The notes under the pieces were generated by a model. The model saw only the letters and a program-made list of their open reading frames with translations, was not told the DNA's origin and ran no database searches. A DNA stretch of 31,759 nt from a virus, in the UHGV virus genome UHGV-0134350; one strand, 5' to 3'. A program made the translations under genes and the position numbers. Shown one piece after another: positions 17,708 through 26,674 of the stretch; position 1 is the stretch's first letter; the number at the start of each line of letters is the position of its first letter.

Positions 17708-17872
17708 TGTCAGGAGTCCTGAGGTTAAGGTTACTGGTCACCGCCAGTTTCCAGACTCAGGACACGCCAGACCACCAATGACGACTGGACAACCGCCCAC
17801 ACAACAGCACCTTAGCGAATCACTGACGGCCATTAAGTAGCCTTGCCCTGAATCCACTACGGCGAGGCATCA

Positions 17873-19642
17873 ATGACCATTTCCACAGATACAACCTTGT
17901 TGCATGACCCGCGACGGCAGGCATCGCTGCTTTACTGGCAGGGTTTTTCCGTGCCACAGATTGCCGAAATGCTGCAGGTCAAGCGCCCGACCGTGCAGAG
18001 CTGGAAGCAGCGCGACGGCTGGGACGGCATCGCGCCGATTTCCCGCGTTGAAAGCAGCCTTGAGGCTAGGCTGATTCAGCTCATCGCCAAGCCGCAAAAG
18101 ACAGGGGGTGATTTCAAAGAGATTGACCTGCTCGGACGGCAGATTGAACGGTTGGCGCGAGTCAACCGCTACAGCCAGACCGGCAACGAAGCCGACCTTA
18201 ACCCCAACGTCGCCAACCGCAACAAAGGGGAGCGCAAAAAGCCGAAAAAGAATTTTTTCAGCGACGAGTCTATCGATAAACTAGAGGAATTATTTTTCGA
18301 CCAGTCTTTCGAGTACCAGTTGCAGTGGTACCGCGCAGGACTGGAGCACCGTATTCGTGACATTCTCAAATCCCGCCAGATTGGCGCGACATTCTATTTC
18401 TCCCGCGAGGCACTGCTGCGCGCACTCAAAACCGGCCATAACCAGATATTTTTATCAGCCAGTAAAACGCAGGCTTACGTGTTCCGCGAATACATCATCC
18501 AGTTTGCGCGACTGGTCGACGTTGACCTGACTGGCGACCCGATTGTCATCGGTAACAACGGCGCAAAACTGATTTTTCTCGGTACCAATTCCAACACCGC
18601 GCAGAGCCATAACGGCGATCTGTATGTCGATGAAATATTCTGGATCCCGAATTTTCAGAAACTGCGCAAAGTCGCCTCGGGCATGGCCTCGCAAAAGCAC
18701 CTGCGCTCGACCTATTTTTCGACACCTTCCACGCTGGCGCACGGCGCTTACCCCTTCTGGTCTGGCGAGCTGTTCAACAAGGGGCGCAGCCGGATTGCCG
18801 ACCGCATCGAAATCGACATCAGTCACAGCGCGCTCGCCGGTGGCCAGCTCTGCGACGATGGCCAGTGGCGGCAGATTGTCACCATTGAGGACGCCCTTGC
18901 GGGTGGCTGCACCCTGTTCGACCTCGACCAGCTCAAACGCGAAAACAGTGATGAGGACTTTAAGAACCTGTTTATGTGCGAGTTTGTCGACGATAAAGCG
19001 TCGGTATTCCCGTTCGAGGAGCTGCAGCGCTGCATGGTCGATGTGATGGAGGAATGGGAGGACTTTGCCCCGTTCGCCGACCATCCGTTCGGCTCTCGTC
19101 CTGTCTGGATTGGCTACGACCCGTCACACACCGGCGACAGTGCCGGGTGCGTCGTGCTCGCGCCGCCGGTGGTCTCTGGTGGCAAGTTCCGCATGCTGGA
19201 GCGCCACCAGTGGAAGGGCATGGATTTTGCAGCACAGGCAGAGGGCATCCGCAAGCTGACCGAGAAATACAACGTTGAATACATCGGCATTGACGCAACC
19301 GGCCTCGGTCTCGGCGTGTTCCAGCTGGTGCGCTCATTTTACCCGGCGGCACGCGGCATCCGTTACACACCTGAAATGAAAACCGCAATGGTACTCAAGG
19401 CGAAAGACACCATTCGCCGTGGCTGTCTGGAGTACGACGCCGGAGCAACCGACGTCACGCAGTCGTTTATGTCCATCCGCAAAACCATGACTAGCAGCGG
19501 GCGCAGCGCCACCTATGAGGCCAGCCGCACCGAGGAAGCCAGCCACGCCGATATCGCATGGGCGACCATGCACGCCCTGTTAAACGAACCGCTTTCTGCC
19601 GGTAGCGGCATGCAGCCTAAATCTATTCTGGAGTTCAACTAA
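17873..19642 (+). CDS. P: terminase ATPase (large) subunit gpP
   Basis: 589-aa ORF, P2 P-like, divergent from O. Confidence 0.9.
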   Translation: MTISTDTTLLHDPRRQASLLYWQGFSVPQIAEMLQVKRPTVQSWKQRDGWDGIAPISRVESSLEARLIQLIAKPQKTGGDFKEIDLLGRQIERLARVNRYSQTGNEADLNPNVANRNKGERKKPKKNFFSDESIDKLEELFFDQSFEYQLQWYRAGLEHRIRDILKSRQIGATFYFSREALLRALKTGHNQIFLSASKTQAYVFREYIIQFARLVDVDLTGDPIVIGNNGAKLIFLGTNSNTAQSHNGDLYVDEIFWIPNFQKLRKVASGMASQKHLRSTYFSTPSTLAHGAYPFWSGELFNKGRSRIADRIEIDISHSALAGGQLCDDGQWRQIVTIEDALAGGCTLFDLDQLKRENSDEDFKNLFMCEFVDDKASVFPFEELQRCMVDVMEEWEDFAPFADHPFGSRPVWIGYDPSHTGDSAGCVVLAPPVVSGGKFRMLERHQWKGMDFAAQAEGIRKLTEKYNVEYIGIDATGLGLGVFQLVRSFYPAARGIRYTPEMKTAMVLKAKDTIRRGCLEYDAGATDVTQSFMSIRKTMTSSGRSATYEASRTEEASHADIAWATMHALLNEPLSAGSGMQPKSILEFN

Positions 19643-19643
19643 A

Positions 19644-20690
19644 ATGGGTAAACAAAAATCCCGTAAAGCCAACGCACAAAAGGCCAGCAAACCACAACAA
19701 CTGACCGCCAGCGCACCGCCAAAAACGACAGCGTTCACCTTCGGCGAGCCGGTGCCGGTACTCGATAAGCGCGACATTCTGGATTACGTCGAATGCATCA
19801 GTAACGGCAAATGGTACGAGCCGCCGGTCAGCTTCTCAGGGCTGGCAAAGAGCCTGCGCTCTGCCGTGCATCACAGCTCGCCAATTTATGTTAAGCGTAA
19901 CGTGCTCGCGAGCACCTACATTCCGCACCCGTTGTTATCCCGTCAGGATTTCAGCCGCTTTGCGCTCGATTATCTGGTGTTCGGTAACGCCTTTCTTGAG
20001 CAGCGCCACAGCGTCACCGGCCAGTTAATCAAACTGCTGGCCTCGCCAGCCAAATACACCCGACGCGGAGTCGACGATTCGATTTTCTGGTTTGTGGAAA
20101 ACTTCACCCAGCCGCACGAGTTCGCGCCTGATACCGTGTTTCACCTGCTGGAGCCCGACATTAATCAGGAGATTTACGGTCTGCCGGAATATCTCAGCGC
20201 GCTTAATTCCGCTTGGCTGAATGAATCCGCGACGCTGTTCCGCCGCAAGTATTATCAGAACGGCGCGCACGCAGGCTACATCATGTATGTGACTGACCCG
20301 GCGCAAAGTGCGACCGACGTCGAATCGCTGCGCGAGGCGATGCGTAACTCGAAGGGACTCGGCAACTTTAAGAACCTGTTTTTCTACGCCCCCGGCGGAA
20401 AACCGGACGGCATCAAAATCGTGCCACTGAGCGAGGTCGCCACAAAGGATGACTTTTTCAACATTAAGAAAGCCAGCGCCGCCGACCTGATGGACGCGCA
20501 CCGCGTACCGTTCCAGCTCATGGGCGGCAAGCCCGAGAATATCGGTTCACTCGGTGACGTTGAGAAGGTGGCAAAGGTATTTGTGCGCAATGAGCTGTCG
20601 CCGCTACAGGACAGGTTCAGGGAGGTAAACGACTGGCTCGGCATGGAGGTCATCAGGTTCAAAGAGTACACCCTCGATAATCCGGAATAA
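19644..20690 (+). CDS. Q: portal protein gpQ
   Basis: 348-aa ORF, P2 Q-like, immediately downstream of P and reading toward cos. Confidence 0.9.
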   Translation: MGKQKSRKANAQKASKPQQLTASAPPKTTAFTFGEPVPVLDKRDILDYVECISNGKWYEPPVSFSGLAKSLRSAVHHSSPIYVKRNVLASTYIPHPLLSRQDFSRFALDYLVFGNAFLEQRHSVTGQLIKLLASPAKYTRRGVDDSIFWFVENFTQPHEFAPDTVFHLLEPDINQEIYGLPEYLSALNSAWLNESATLFRRKYYQNGAHAGYIMYVTDPAQSATDVESLREAMRNSKGLGNFKNLFFYAPGGKPDGIKIVPLSEVATKDDFFNIKKASAADLMDAHRVPFQLMGGKPENIGSLGDVEKVAKVFVRNELSPLQDRFREVNDWLGMEVIRFKEYTLDNPE

Positions 20691-20720
20691 TCACCACTCT
20701 AGCCGCCAGCATGGCGGCTC

Positions 20721-21446
20721 TCAATCGTGAGTGGATATTTGCGAAACAAACTCTTTAACTCCATCTCGTTCAAGTATTTTACTGTCATGGATATACTTTA
20801 CGATATCCCACTCGTAGTATGTACAAGCCATTGCAACTAAAGATATTATTTTTATGTCAGTTAAGTTAACTAATGTTTCATAATAATCTTCCCGTTCAAC
20901 CCCGCAATTATCTATCAACTTCACAATCAAATAAAAGCGACGCACCACTGAAAAAATGCAATCATTAGCATCCACTTCACTTAACCACTTTGTTATTACC
21001 TCTTTTTTTACCTTGGCTTTAACTAAAATTACAATATTATCTTCAAGATAAGTTACGGCTGCACCACTTGTAAATTCTTCGACCACCCCGTCAGTTTGTC
21101 CATCAATATCACCAACTTGAACACAAAACCTTTCAAAGTTAGAATCCTGACATTCAACCAAATGGAAAAATCTCACTTCAAATTTTTTATACTCTTCTAA
21201 AGATTCTTGCCTTTTTACTTCATCGATCAGGCTGGAATTAGCCTCCCTTTGAAGTTTTATTGAATTTATAAGGAGGTAAATTGTAATAAATGAAAGTATA
21301 GGGTTGACGACACCACCCAAATAATCACCAAACTGCGCCCAAACATCAGTCTTGCTGGATAAATGTCCGTTTACTCCGAAGTTGAAGTAATACAAGGCGC
21401 ACACAGCTACAATCACGCCAGCCGAAGACAGCAACACCTTTCTCAT
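20721..21446 (-). CDS. cargo protein with two N-terminal transmembrane helices (candidate membrane effector)
   Basis: 241-aa ORF in markedly AT-rich DNA; hydrophobic helices VLLSSAGVIVAVCALYYF and LGGVVNPILSFITIYLLI; ATG overlaps the stop of the upstream gene (ATGA). Confidence 0.75.
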   Translation of the reverse strand: MRKVLLSSAGVIVAVCALYYFNFGVNGHLSSKTDVWAQFGDYLGGVVNPILSFITIYLLINSIKLQREANSSLIDEVKRQESLEEYKKFEVRFFHLVECQDSNFERFCVQVGDIDGQTDGVVEEFTSGAAVTYLEDNIVILVKAKVKKEVITKWLSEVDANDCIFSVVRRFYLIVKLIDNCGVEREDYYETLVNLTDIKIISLVAMACTYYEWDIVKYIHDSKILERDGVKEFVSQISTHD

Positions 21447-22261
21447 ACAGTTTCAACCATACGGATTAGATATTTCACCACATCACCACTTTTTACTACA
21501 ACTTTGCTAACAGTAAGTTTTAGATATGTGTAGTTATCTTGCCTGCCATTATTATTGTGTAAATTTAATGAGACCAATCTTTTTTGAGCGGCGGGTATAG
21601 CCTTTAAAGGCATGTAAAAACCAAAGGCTACTGTATCATCTTCACCTTCGATAACTAACCTACCATTTCCAGTTCTCGCATTAAATCGAGTAATAACTGC
21701 GTTAATATTAACTTGACCGGGCTTTATTTTTGATTGTGTCAAGTTTGTAGCAGTCATTGTGTCTAACTTTGCTATTCTTTGTTTTCCAGCAGGTTTTTTA
21801 TAGTTAAGTTCAACATCAAAGTTTTTTTGAAGATTTATCCTATGCATCCTTACCAAAGGTTGTCTGATACGATCAATAAGTTCATCTTCAATTTCCTCAA
21901 GCTCCTCAATAATTCCTGCAGCTTTTGGAGATAGCTCCTTAGTTTCCAGATATAGAGATTCAGAAATAAAATACCCCATGACTTCCGAGAACACAGAACG
22001 GGTCATTTTTTTTAATTCGGCAGCTAATTCCGGCTCATTAACAATCAAGTCGAAGTTTTGACCATAAGAACTTTTAAAGCTTTGTTTGAGAACCGCTCGC
22101 GCAGGGTTAACATGAGTGCGGCGCTTAATAATTTTTTTTCTGAGTATTGCCTCTGCTAGTATGCATGTCACCTCAGCCGTTCCAGAGAGGGTATCAAGGC
22201 CATACTCCATATCAACTTCTTGATCACCACTTTTGATGACAACGTCATAGCTAACTTTCAT
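21443..22261 (-). CDS. cargo protein of unknown function (candidate sensor partner)
   Basis: 272 aa from the ATG (MKVSYDVV...) preceded by AAGGA; the track start is a GTG two codons upstream; AT-rich; no motif I recognise. Confidence 0.75.
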   Translation of the reverse strand: MKVSYDVVIKSGDQEVDMEYGLDTLSGTAEVTCILAEAILRKKIIKRRTHVNPARAVLKQSFKSSYGQNFDLIVNEPELAAELKKMTRSVFSEVMGYFISESLYLETKELSPKAAGIIEELEEIEDELIDRIRQPLVRMHRINLQKNFDVELNYKKPAGKQRIAKLDTMTATNLTQSKIKPGQVNINAVITRFNARTGNGRLVIEGEDDTVAFGFYMPLKAIPAAQKRLVSLNLHNNNGRQDNYTYLKLTVSKVVVKSGDVVKYLIRMVETV

Positions 22262-22369
22262 CGGCACATCCTTGATTTAGTAACCTTTGGTTATTATTTT
22301 TCATCTTCTACTCATTGACACCGATTTTTTACACCAAAAATATCAAATTGCAAGTGTGTGCTGCGCGCA

Positions 22370-22388
22370 ATGCTTTCCCCGCCACGCC
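22370..22388. other. cos site (19-nt cohesive end, 186/P2 type)
   Basis: Reverse complement of 22370-22388 is GGCGTGGCGGGGAAAGCAT, matching the P2 cohesive end GGCGAGGCGGGGAAAGCAC (recalled from memory) at 17 of 19 positions. Confidence 0.7.
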
Positions 22389-22545
22389 TGCCCGCTTTAC
22401 GGGGCGGTTTTAATGCAGTTGCATGAACACTCGGGATCCGCGCCAGCTCTGGCGGCGCACGGTCAGAACGGGCAACCCCTGCGAATGCAAAAGCATGCAC
22501 CTGTTGCATGCACGGCTAAAAACGGGGAAATCGCGGAAAAATGGC

Positions 22546-22573
22546 ATAAAAAACCGGCATTCACGGTGCCGGT
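22546..22573 (-). terminator. rho-independent terminator ending the leftward early/tum transcript before cos
   Basis: Stem ACCGGCA / TGCCGGT with 7-nt loop, followed on the minus strand by TTTTTTAT. Confidence 0.6.
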
Positions 22574-22902
22574 TTGGGGCTGGTTTTGTCGCGATTACTG
22601 GGCGTGTAATGCGCCAATAACACTATTGAGGCACATGCTGGCAAAAATCAGCAGAAAAATCGTCGTCCACCGATTTTCATAAACGAGAGATAACATATTG
22701 ATATAGATCCTTTTATTTGTGCATTCTAATGTGGTTTAACAGGTGTTTGATAACGACCGTAAGCTCATCTTTACTGGCTTGCTCGACCATTTTTTCGGTG
22801 TAGCTTTCCACCTCACGAGAACTCAGGTCGTTATTTGAAGCCATTACGGTCAGCTTTTTTGCCCAATCGGCAAACGGGTCTATCGATGAAAGGGAATTAT
22901 GC

Positions 22903-23334
22903 ATGTCCAAAAACCTCGAATTATTTAACCAGCAGACGGCGGAAATTTTTGCGGTGTTATGGGATAACTTCCCGGTGCCGCAGGTCATCACCTACGAAAA
23001 ATTTAACGCCGTGCTACCTGATGACTACTTTGACCAACTTAACTCACCGGAAATGAAAGCACTGAATCAGTTGCGTAGTGTGGTTGAGGGTACATTCACT
23101 TTTCTCAGTGAAAACGGCTACATCCAATATGAAACAGACCATCAGACTTATTTTCGGGATGTGCGCCTGACCGAGAAAGCACTCGCCGTGCTCAACAAAA
23201 AGCCCGAGGCACTCGGCGGTAGTGAAACGATGGGCGATAAGATTATCAGTGCGGTGAAAGACGGGACACCCGGAGTTATTGCAGGTGCGGTGACAAACCT
23301 GCTTTCACTCGGTGTCAATCTGGTAACCAACTAA
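22903..23334 (+). CDS. hypothetical protein with hydrophobic Gly-rich C-terminal tail
   Basis: 143-aa ORF with AGGGA 7 nt upstream of the ATG; convergent with the dinI-like gene; sits where old/tin lie in P2. Confidence 0.55.
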   Translation: MSKNLELFNQQTAEIFAVLWDNFPVPQVITYEKFNAVLPDDYFDQLNSPEMKALNQLRSVVEGTFTFLSENGYIQYETDHQTYFRDVRLTEKALAVLNKKPEALGGSETMGDKIISAVKDGTPGVIAGAVTNLLSLGVNLVTN

Positions 23335-23401
23335 CGCCTCGCGTGGCTCGTTGTTCAACCCCGTCAGCACTGAAAGCAAGTTTCAGCACCGGCGGCGTTT
23401 G

Positions 23402-23635
23402 TTAATGCAGCCAGCTATCGTCCTCCCATACCTGCTGCATGATTTCCATTACTCGTTTTTTATCTTCGTCCAGTTTCAAACCGCTTAGTTCAACGCCATT
23501 AGCGGAGCCCTTGCGAATTCGGATAGCAGTCTTTGGGTAAATAGGTTGAAGATTGCGGTACAGTTCAGCCTCAAGTGCATCCAATGTTGCCTGACTAATT
23601 TTTTGCTCTTTATCCAACGTGATATTGATTCTCAT
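23402..23635 (-). CDS. dinI: DinI-family protein (Tum C-terminal-like)
   Basis: 77-aa ORF MRINITLDK...DALEAEL...EDKKRVMEIMQQVWEDDSW aligns along its length with E. coli DinI. Confidence 0.85.
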   Translation of the reverse strand: MRINITLDKEQKISQATLDALEAELYRNLQPIYPKTAIRIRKGSANGVELSGLKLDEDKKRVMEIMQQVWEDDSWLH

Positions 23636-23638
23636 AAT

Positions 23639-23821
23639 CTAATCAGCCTTATAAAAATTATCATCTTCGGTTTCGTTATTTTCGCTGTTTGCTAGGTCTG
23701 CAATGAGAGTGAGCGCGAGCTTTAAGTCTGATGGCTTGCAGTTTGCAATCAGAGATACCTCGGCAATAAATTGCACACAAGCCCACTTTTGCTGCGTTCG
23801 GCTGAAATGTTCGCCAACCAT
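23639..23821 (-). CDS. small protein, possible Tum N-terminal (antirepressor) part
   Basis: 60-aa ORF with GGAGG RBS, downstream of the LexA box; in frame with the dinI-like ORF and separated from it by a single TAG. Confidence 0.5.
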   Translation of the reverse strand: MVGEHFSRTQQKWACVQFIAEVSLIANCKPSDLKLALTLIADLANSENNETEDDNFYKAD

Positions 23822-23840
23822 GAAATCCCTCCCATAGGGT

Positions 23841-23860
23841 TACTGTATGTTTATACAGTA
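23841..23860. promoter_or_regulatory. LexA (SOS) box
   Basis: TACTGTATGTTTATACAGTA fits CTGT-N8-ACAG and lies about 20 bp upstream of the 60-aa ORF. Confidence 0.75.
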
Positions 23861-23934
23861 GCACGTATTGGCAAAAGATGGGAAGAAAAAAAACGAATAG
23901 AGCGATTGCTGTATGTGCATGATATGGATATGAA

Positions 23935-26157
23935 TTACTCATGTATTGGTTTTGATTCTTCAGCCATCGCCGCAACACGATTAAGGATTTTCCGAGCTTT
24001 AGCCTCATGCGATGGTGCTGCGGAAAATATTTCTCCTTTGGCCGTTCCGCGTAGCCATTTACCATCAAAACAACTTTTACCACCGGCCATCAGGTGCAGG
24101 GCTTCGCCCCGGCTGATATTAATGCCGGTTGTCAGATGTATCTCATCGATAGTTTTAGCTATAGCTGCGTTTTGCTCATCCGTTCCGTGGATGAATTTTC
24201 GCCGTGCTGCTGGCTTTTGCTTCCTGAGTCGGTTGGTCAATTCTCGTCTTTCACGCCGACTCAGTGGTTTTGTTAAATCCAGTATCGGTGGATCGCTTTC
24301 GCTTCCCGTACAGTTATTGACAGAACTCCGAGGGACGGCTTTGCCGTCCTGAAGGTCAACGGCCAAATCAACAGCACGCTTCGGAACAATCTTCCACTGA
24401 GTGAGCCGGGTTAAAATCGGGCTTCCTGCACCTATGGAGGAATCGTAGACCCCCTTAATACATACCGTTTCCTCACCGTACTGATTAAGCTCGGTACGCG
24501 GTTCATACAGTGTGCGCACCTGTAAATCATCGCGACGGACAAACGGCCCACCCTGAGCATTAACATAACCAGCCCAGTCACCAGCGTCGGCGGCATCATG
24601 GACGGCGGCAAACTCAACGCTCAGACCGTGCGCGGTTTCGGTATCAGCGAGGCGACGCAACTCACGGTAAACCGTCACCGGCGCACCACCAATAAACTGA
24701 AACTGACGGATGTGCCAGCGCGCAGCCCATGCTGAAACGGCGGGGGCTGTCTCTTTCAGCAGCTCACCGCTTTCATCATCGGTTTCACCATCGAGAGCAT
24801 AACCGTCGATATTTTTTGAAATGTATTTAGCAACATAGCCGGTTGCGCTGCCTTTCTCCGGGTCAATGGACTCCGCGTGGAAACGTGCTTTTTGGGATTT
24901 ATCGCTTTTCAGTTCGTGGCGGTCTTCTTTCCATGCGTATTTACGGACGATGGAGCGAACATATTCAACATCTTCCGGCAGCATGAACATCAGCATGTGC
25001 CAGTGTGGAGTGCCGTCGTGATGGGGCTCGGCGACACGAATACCGAAAATACGGACATCTTCCCGATGTAGTTTGGCACGGATACGCGCCCAGATACCGG
25101 TTAGATAGTTTTGCGTGTCAGCCGGGCTGGCACCGCTCCATTTGCTGTTACGGTAACCGGCTTTAGTCGTGGCGTGATATTTTGACGGCGCGGTTAGAGT
25201 GTAAAACTCACCGACATAACCGAGCTCATTACAGATGTTTTCAAACCCACGAATGCGGGTCATGAGCTCACAGCGGCGAATCGCAGGGTTAGCAACTGAG
25301 CCATCATATTTTTCAATTAGGCTGATACGGTTGCCGTCTTCGTCTTCGAGATCCAGACCTTTGAGAAATTCACGAGTGCGGCGCTTTTGTTCACGCCAGT
25401 CAGTCACGCAGTTTTTACTCGCGTAAGTGTTTTTTTTCTTACTGACGTTGCCGACTGCAATTTGCAGGTGTTCGCGCCACGTAGCTGCTACACGGCGCAA
25501 ACGACCGCGCCACCACCCATCGTTAAACATTTTGGCGATAGCCGGTGCGATTTCATCCGCACCGACATATTTTTTTTCAACCCGCTCCCAATGTGGTGGG
25601 ATAACGTTGAATTGGAGGGAAATAAAGCCAGCACGAATATACCAGGTGTACAGCGTTTTAAGCTCGCCGAATCCGTGGTCATTAATGTTGGCAAGTTCAC
25701 CACGAATGAAATTAGCAATATCAGCGGCCAACAGGTCAACATCAGCGCGCGACATGTCCGGGAGACGGTTATATCGGGCGACCATATTAACCATGCGTGA
25801 CGACAGATATTGCATTTGCTGAGTATCAAAATGACTTCCAAAAACAGCGGTTGATACCTTGCTGTTGATACCAGCGCATTCGTATTTTTTTGCGACCAGT
25901 TCAAGACGCGGCAATGCCTTTTTGCAGAAGCTGATTAAAAATGCATTGGCTCGTTGACTACCCTGATTTTGTTCCAGCACCGCAGCAGTGCGATAAACAT
26001 CTAACCGCACGCAGTCGGGCTGGAGAGAAAGCACCTTTTTTGCATGCAGCAAAGCCGCGAACATACGGTCGCGGCGATGCTGTTGCTCATAAGTAAGGTA
26101 TGGGCTGGAGATTGCCGACCGTGGGACGTTCCACGGATAAGCGAATTGAACAGCCAA
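23935..26157 (-). CDS. A: replication initiation endonuclease gpA (rolling-circle initiator)
   Basis: 740-aa ORF, P2 A-like, contains the active-site region YVAKYISK. Confidence 0.9.
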   Translation of the reverse strand: MAVQFAYPWNVPRSAISSPYLTYEQQHRRDRMFAALLHAKKVLSLQPDCVRLDVYRTAAVLEQNQGSQRANAFLISFCKKALPRLELVAKKYECAGINSKVSTAVFGSHFDTQQMQYLSSRMVNMVARYNRLPDMSRADVDLLAADIANFIRGELANINDHGFGELKTLYTWYIRAGFISLQFNVIPPHWERVEKKYVGADEIAPAIAKMFNDGWWRGRLRRVAATWREHLQIAVGNVSKKKNTYASKNCVTDWREQKRRTREFLKGLDLEDEDGNRISLIEKYDGSVANPAIRRCELMTRIRGFENICNELGYVGEFYTLTAPSKYHATTKAGYRNSKWSGASPADTQNYLTGIWARIRAKLHREDVRIFGIRVAEPHHDGTPHWHMLMFMLPEDVEYVRSIVRKYAWKEDRHELKSDKSQKARFHAESIDPEKGSATGYVAKYISKNIDGYALDGETDDESGELLKETAPAVSAWAARWHIRQFQFIGGAPVTVYRELRRLADTETAHGLSVEFAAVHDAADAGDWAGYVNAQGGPFVRRDDLQVRTLYEPRTELNQYGEETVCIKGVYDSSIGAGSPILTRLTQWKIVPKRAVDLAVDLQDGKAVPRSSVNNCTGSESDPPILDLTKPLSRRERRELTNRLRKQKPAARRKFIHGTDEQNAAIAKTIDEIHLTTGINISRGEALHLMAGGKSCFDGKWLRGTAKGEIFSAAPSHEAKARKILNRVAAMAEESKPIHE

Positions 26158-26158
26158 T

Positions 26159-26380
26159 TTATACCCCCCGATAGTGTTTGTTTTTTAGCTCTGCGATTTG
26201 CTGGCAGGTTACGCAAAAAGCCACGCCCGGAATCGCAATGCGGCGAGCTTCCGGGATTGGTGCGTCACATTCCTCGCAAAGAAAACGGGAAGGTGCAGCG
26301 ATACGGGTGCGTGCGTTGCTGATGTGGCGTTCGCGGTCTTCCTGCTCGCGCAGTTGTGCTAAATCCATTGCGTCGGCCAT
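26159..26380 (-). CDS. TraR/DksA-family C4 zinc-finger protein
   Basis: 73-aa ORF with CEEC...CVTC motif directly upstream of A (P2 orf82/83 position). Confidence 0.8.
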   Translation of the reverse strand: MADAMDLAQLREQEDRERHISNARTRIAAPSRFLCEECDAPIPEARRIAIPGVAFCVTCQQIAELKNKHYRGV

Positions 26381-26607
26381 TAGTGCAGCTCCTGTGATTC
26401 ATTCTCAAAGCGGGTTGCTTCACGGCGCAGCAGTTCGGCAGCTTCGGTGCCGCTCATTCCCTCTCTGGTAATATGGATAGCCAGCGCCTCAAGGCGGATG
26501 GAAACAGCGAGCGCGCGGTCTTTACGCTCTTCTTTTTTTGCATCGGTCAGCAATACGGCCAGCGCATCGCTATCAGTGTTAAAACTACGGATTTCGGTAT
26601 TACGCAT
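26380..26607 (-). CDS. hypothetical early protein
   Basis: 75-aa ORF in the early operon; ATG overlaps the stop of the next gene. Confidence 0.6.
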   Translation of the reverse strand: MRNTEIRSFNTDSDALAVLLTDAKKEERKDRALAVSIRLEALAIHITREGMSGTEAAELLRREATRFENESQELH

Positions 26608-26674
26608 AATTAACTCTCCTGATTTCGGGCAATAAGATGCCCGGCGGGTTTACGCCATTAAATTTCTGTTTGGA

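Noticed and set aside
17708-17872. Consensus P2 late-promoter dyad (TGT-N12-ACA) in the O/P divergent region
   Set aside because: No exact match found by eye; only a GTCCTGA/TCAGGAC inverted pair with a long spacer, so no promoter is called here
18455-19084. 209-aa minus-strand ORF inside P
   Set aside because: Antisense to the terminase large subunit gene; no independent support
22287-22682. 131-aa plus-strand ORF
   Set aside because: Spans the cos site and the terminator hairpin; Cys/His/Ala-rich translation of GC-rich non-coding DNA
22713-22991. 92-aa minus-strand ORF (or 64 aa from the internal ATG at 22904)
   Set aside because: Overlaps the start and presumed promoter of the better-supported 143-aa plus-strand gene; kept only as a possibility because it would be the last gene before the minus-strand terminator
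20691-23934. Homologues of P2 old, tin or Z/fun
   Set aside because: None of the accessory ORFs has the size or the ATPase/nuclease motifs expected for Old, nor resembles Tin; the accessory content here is different
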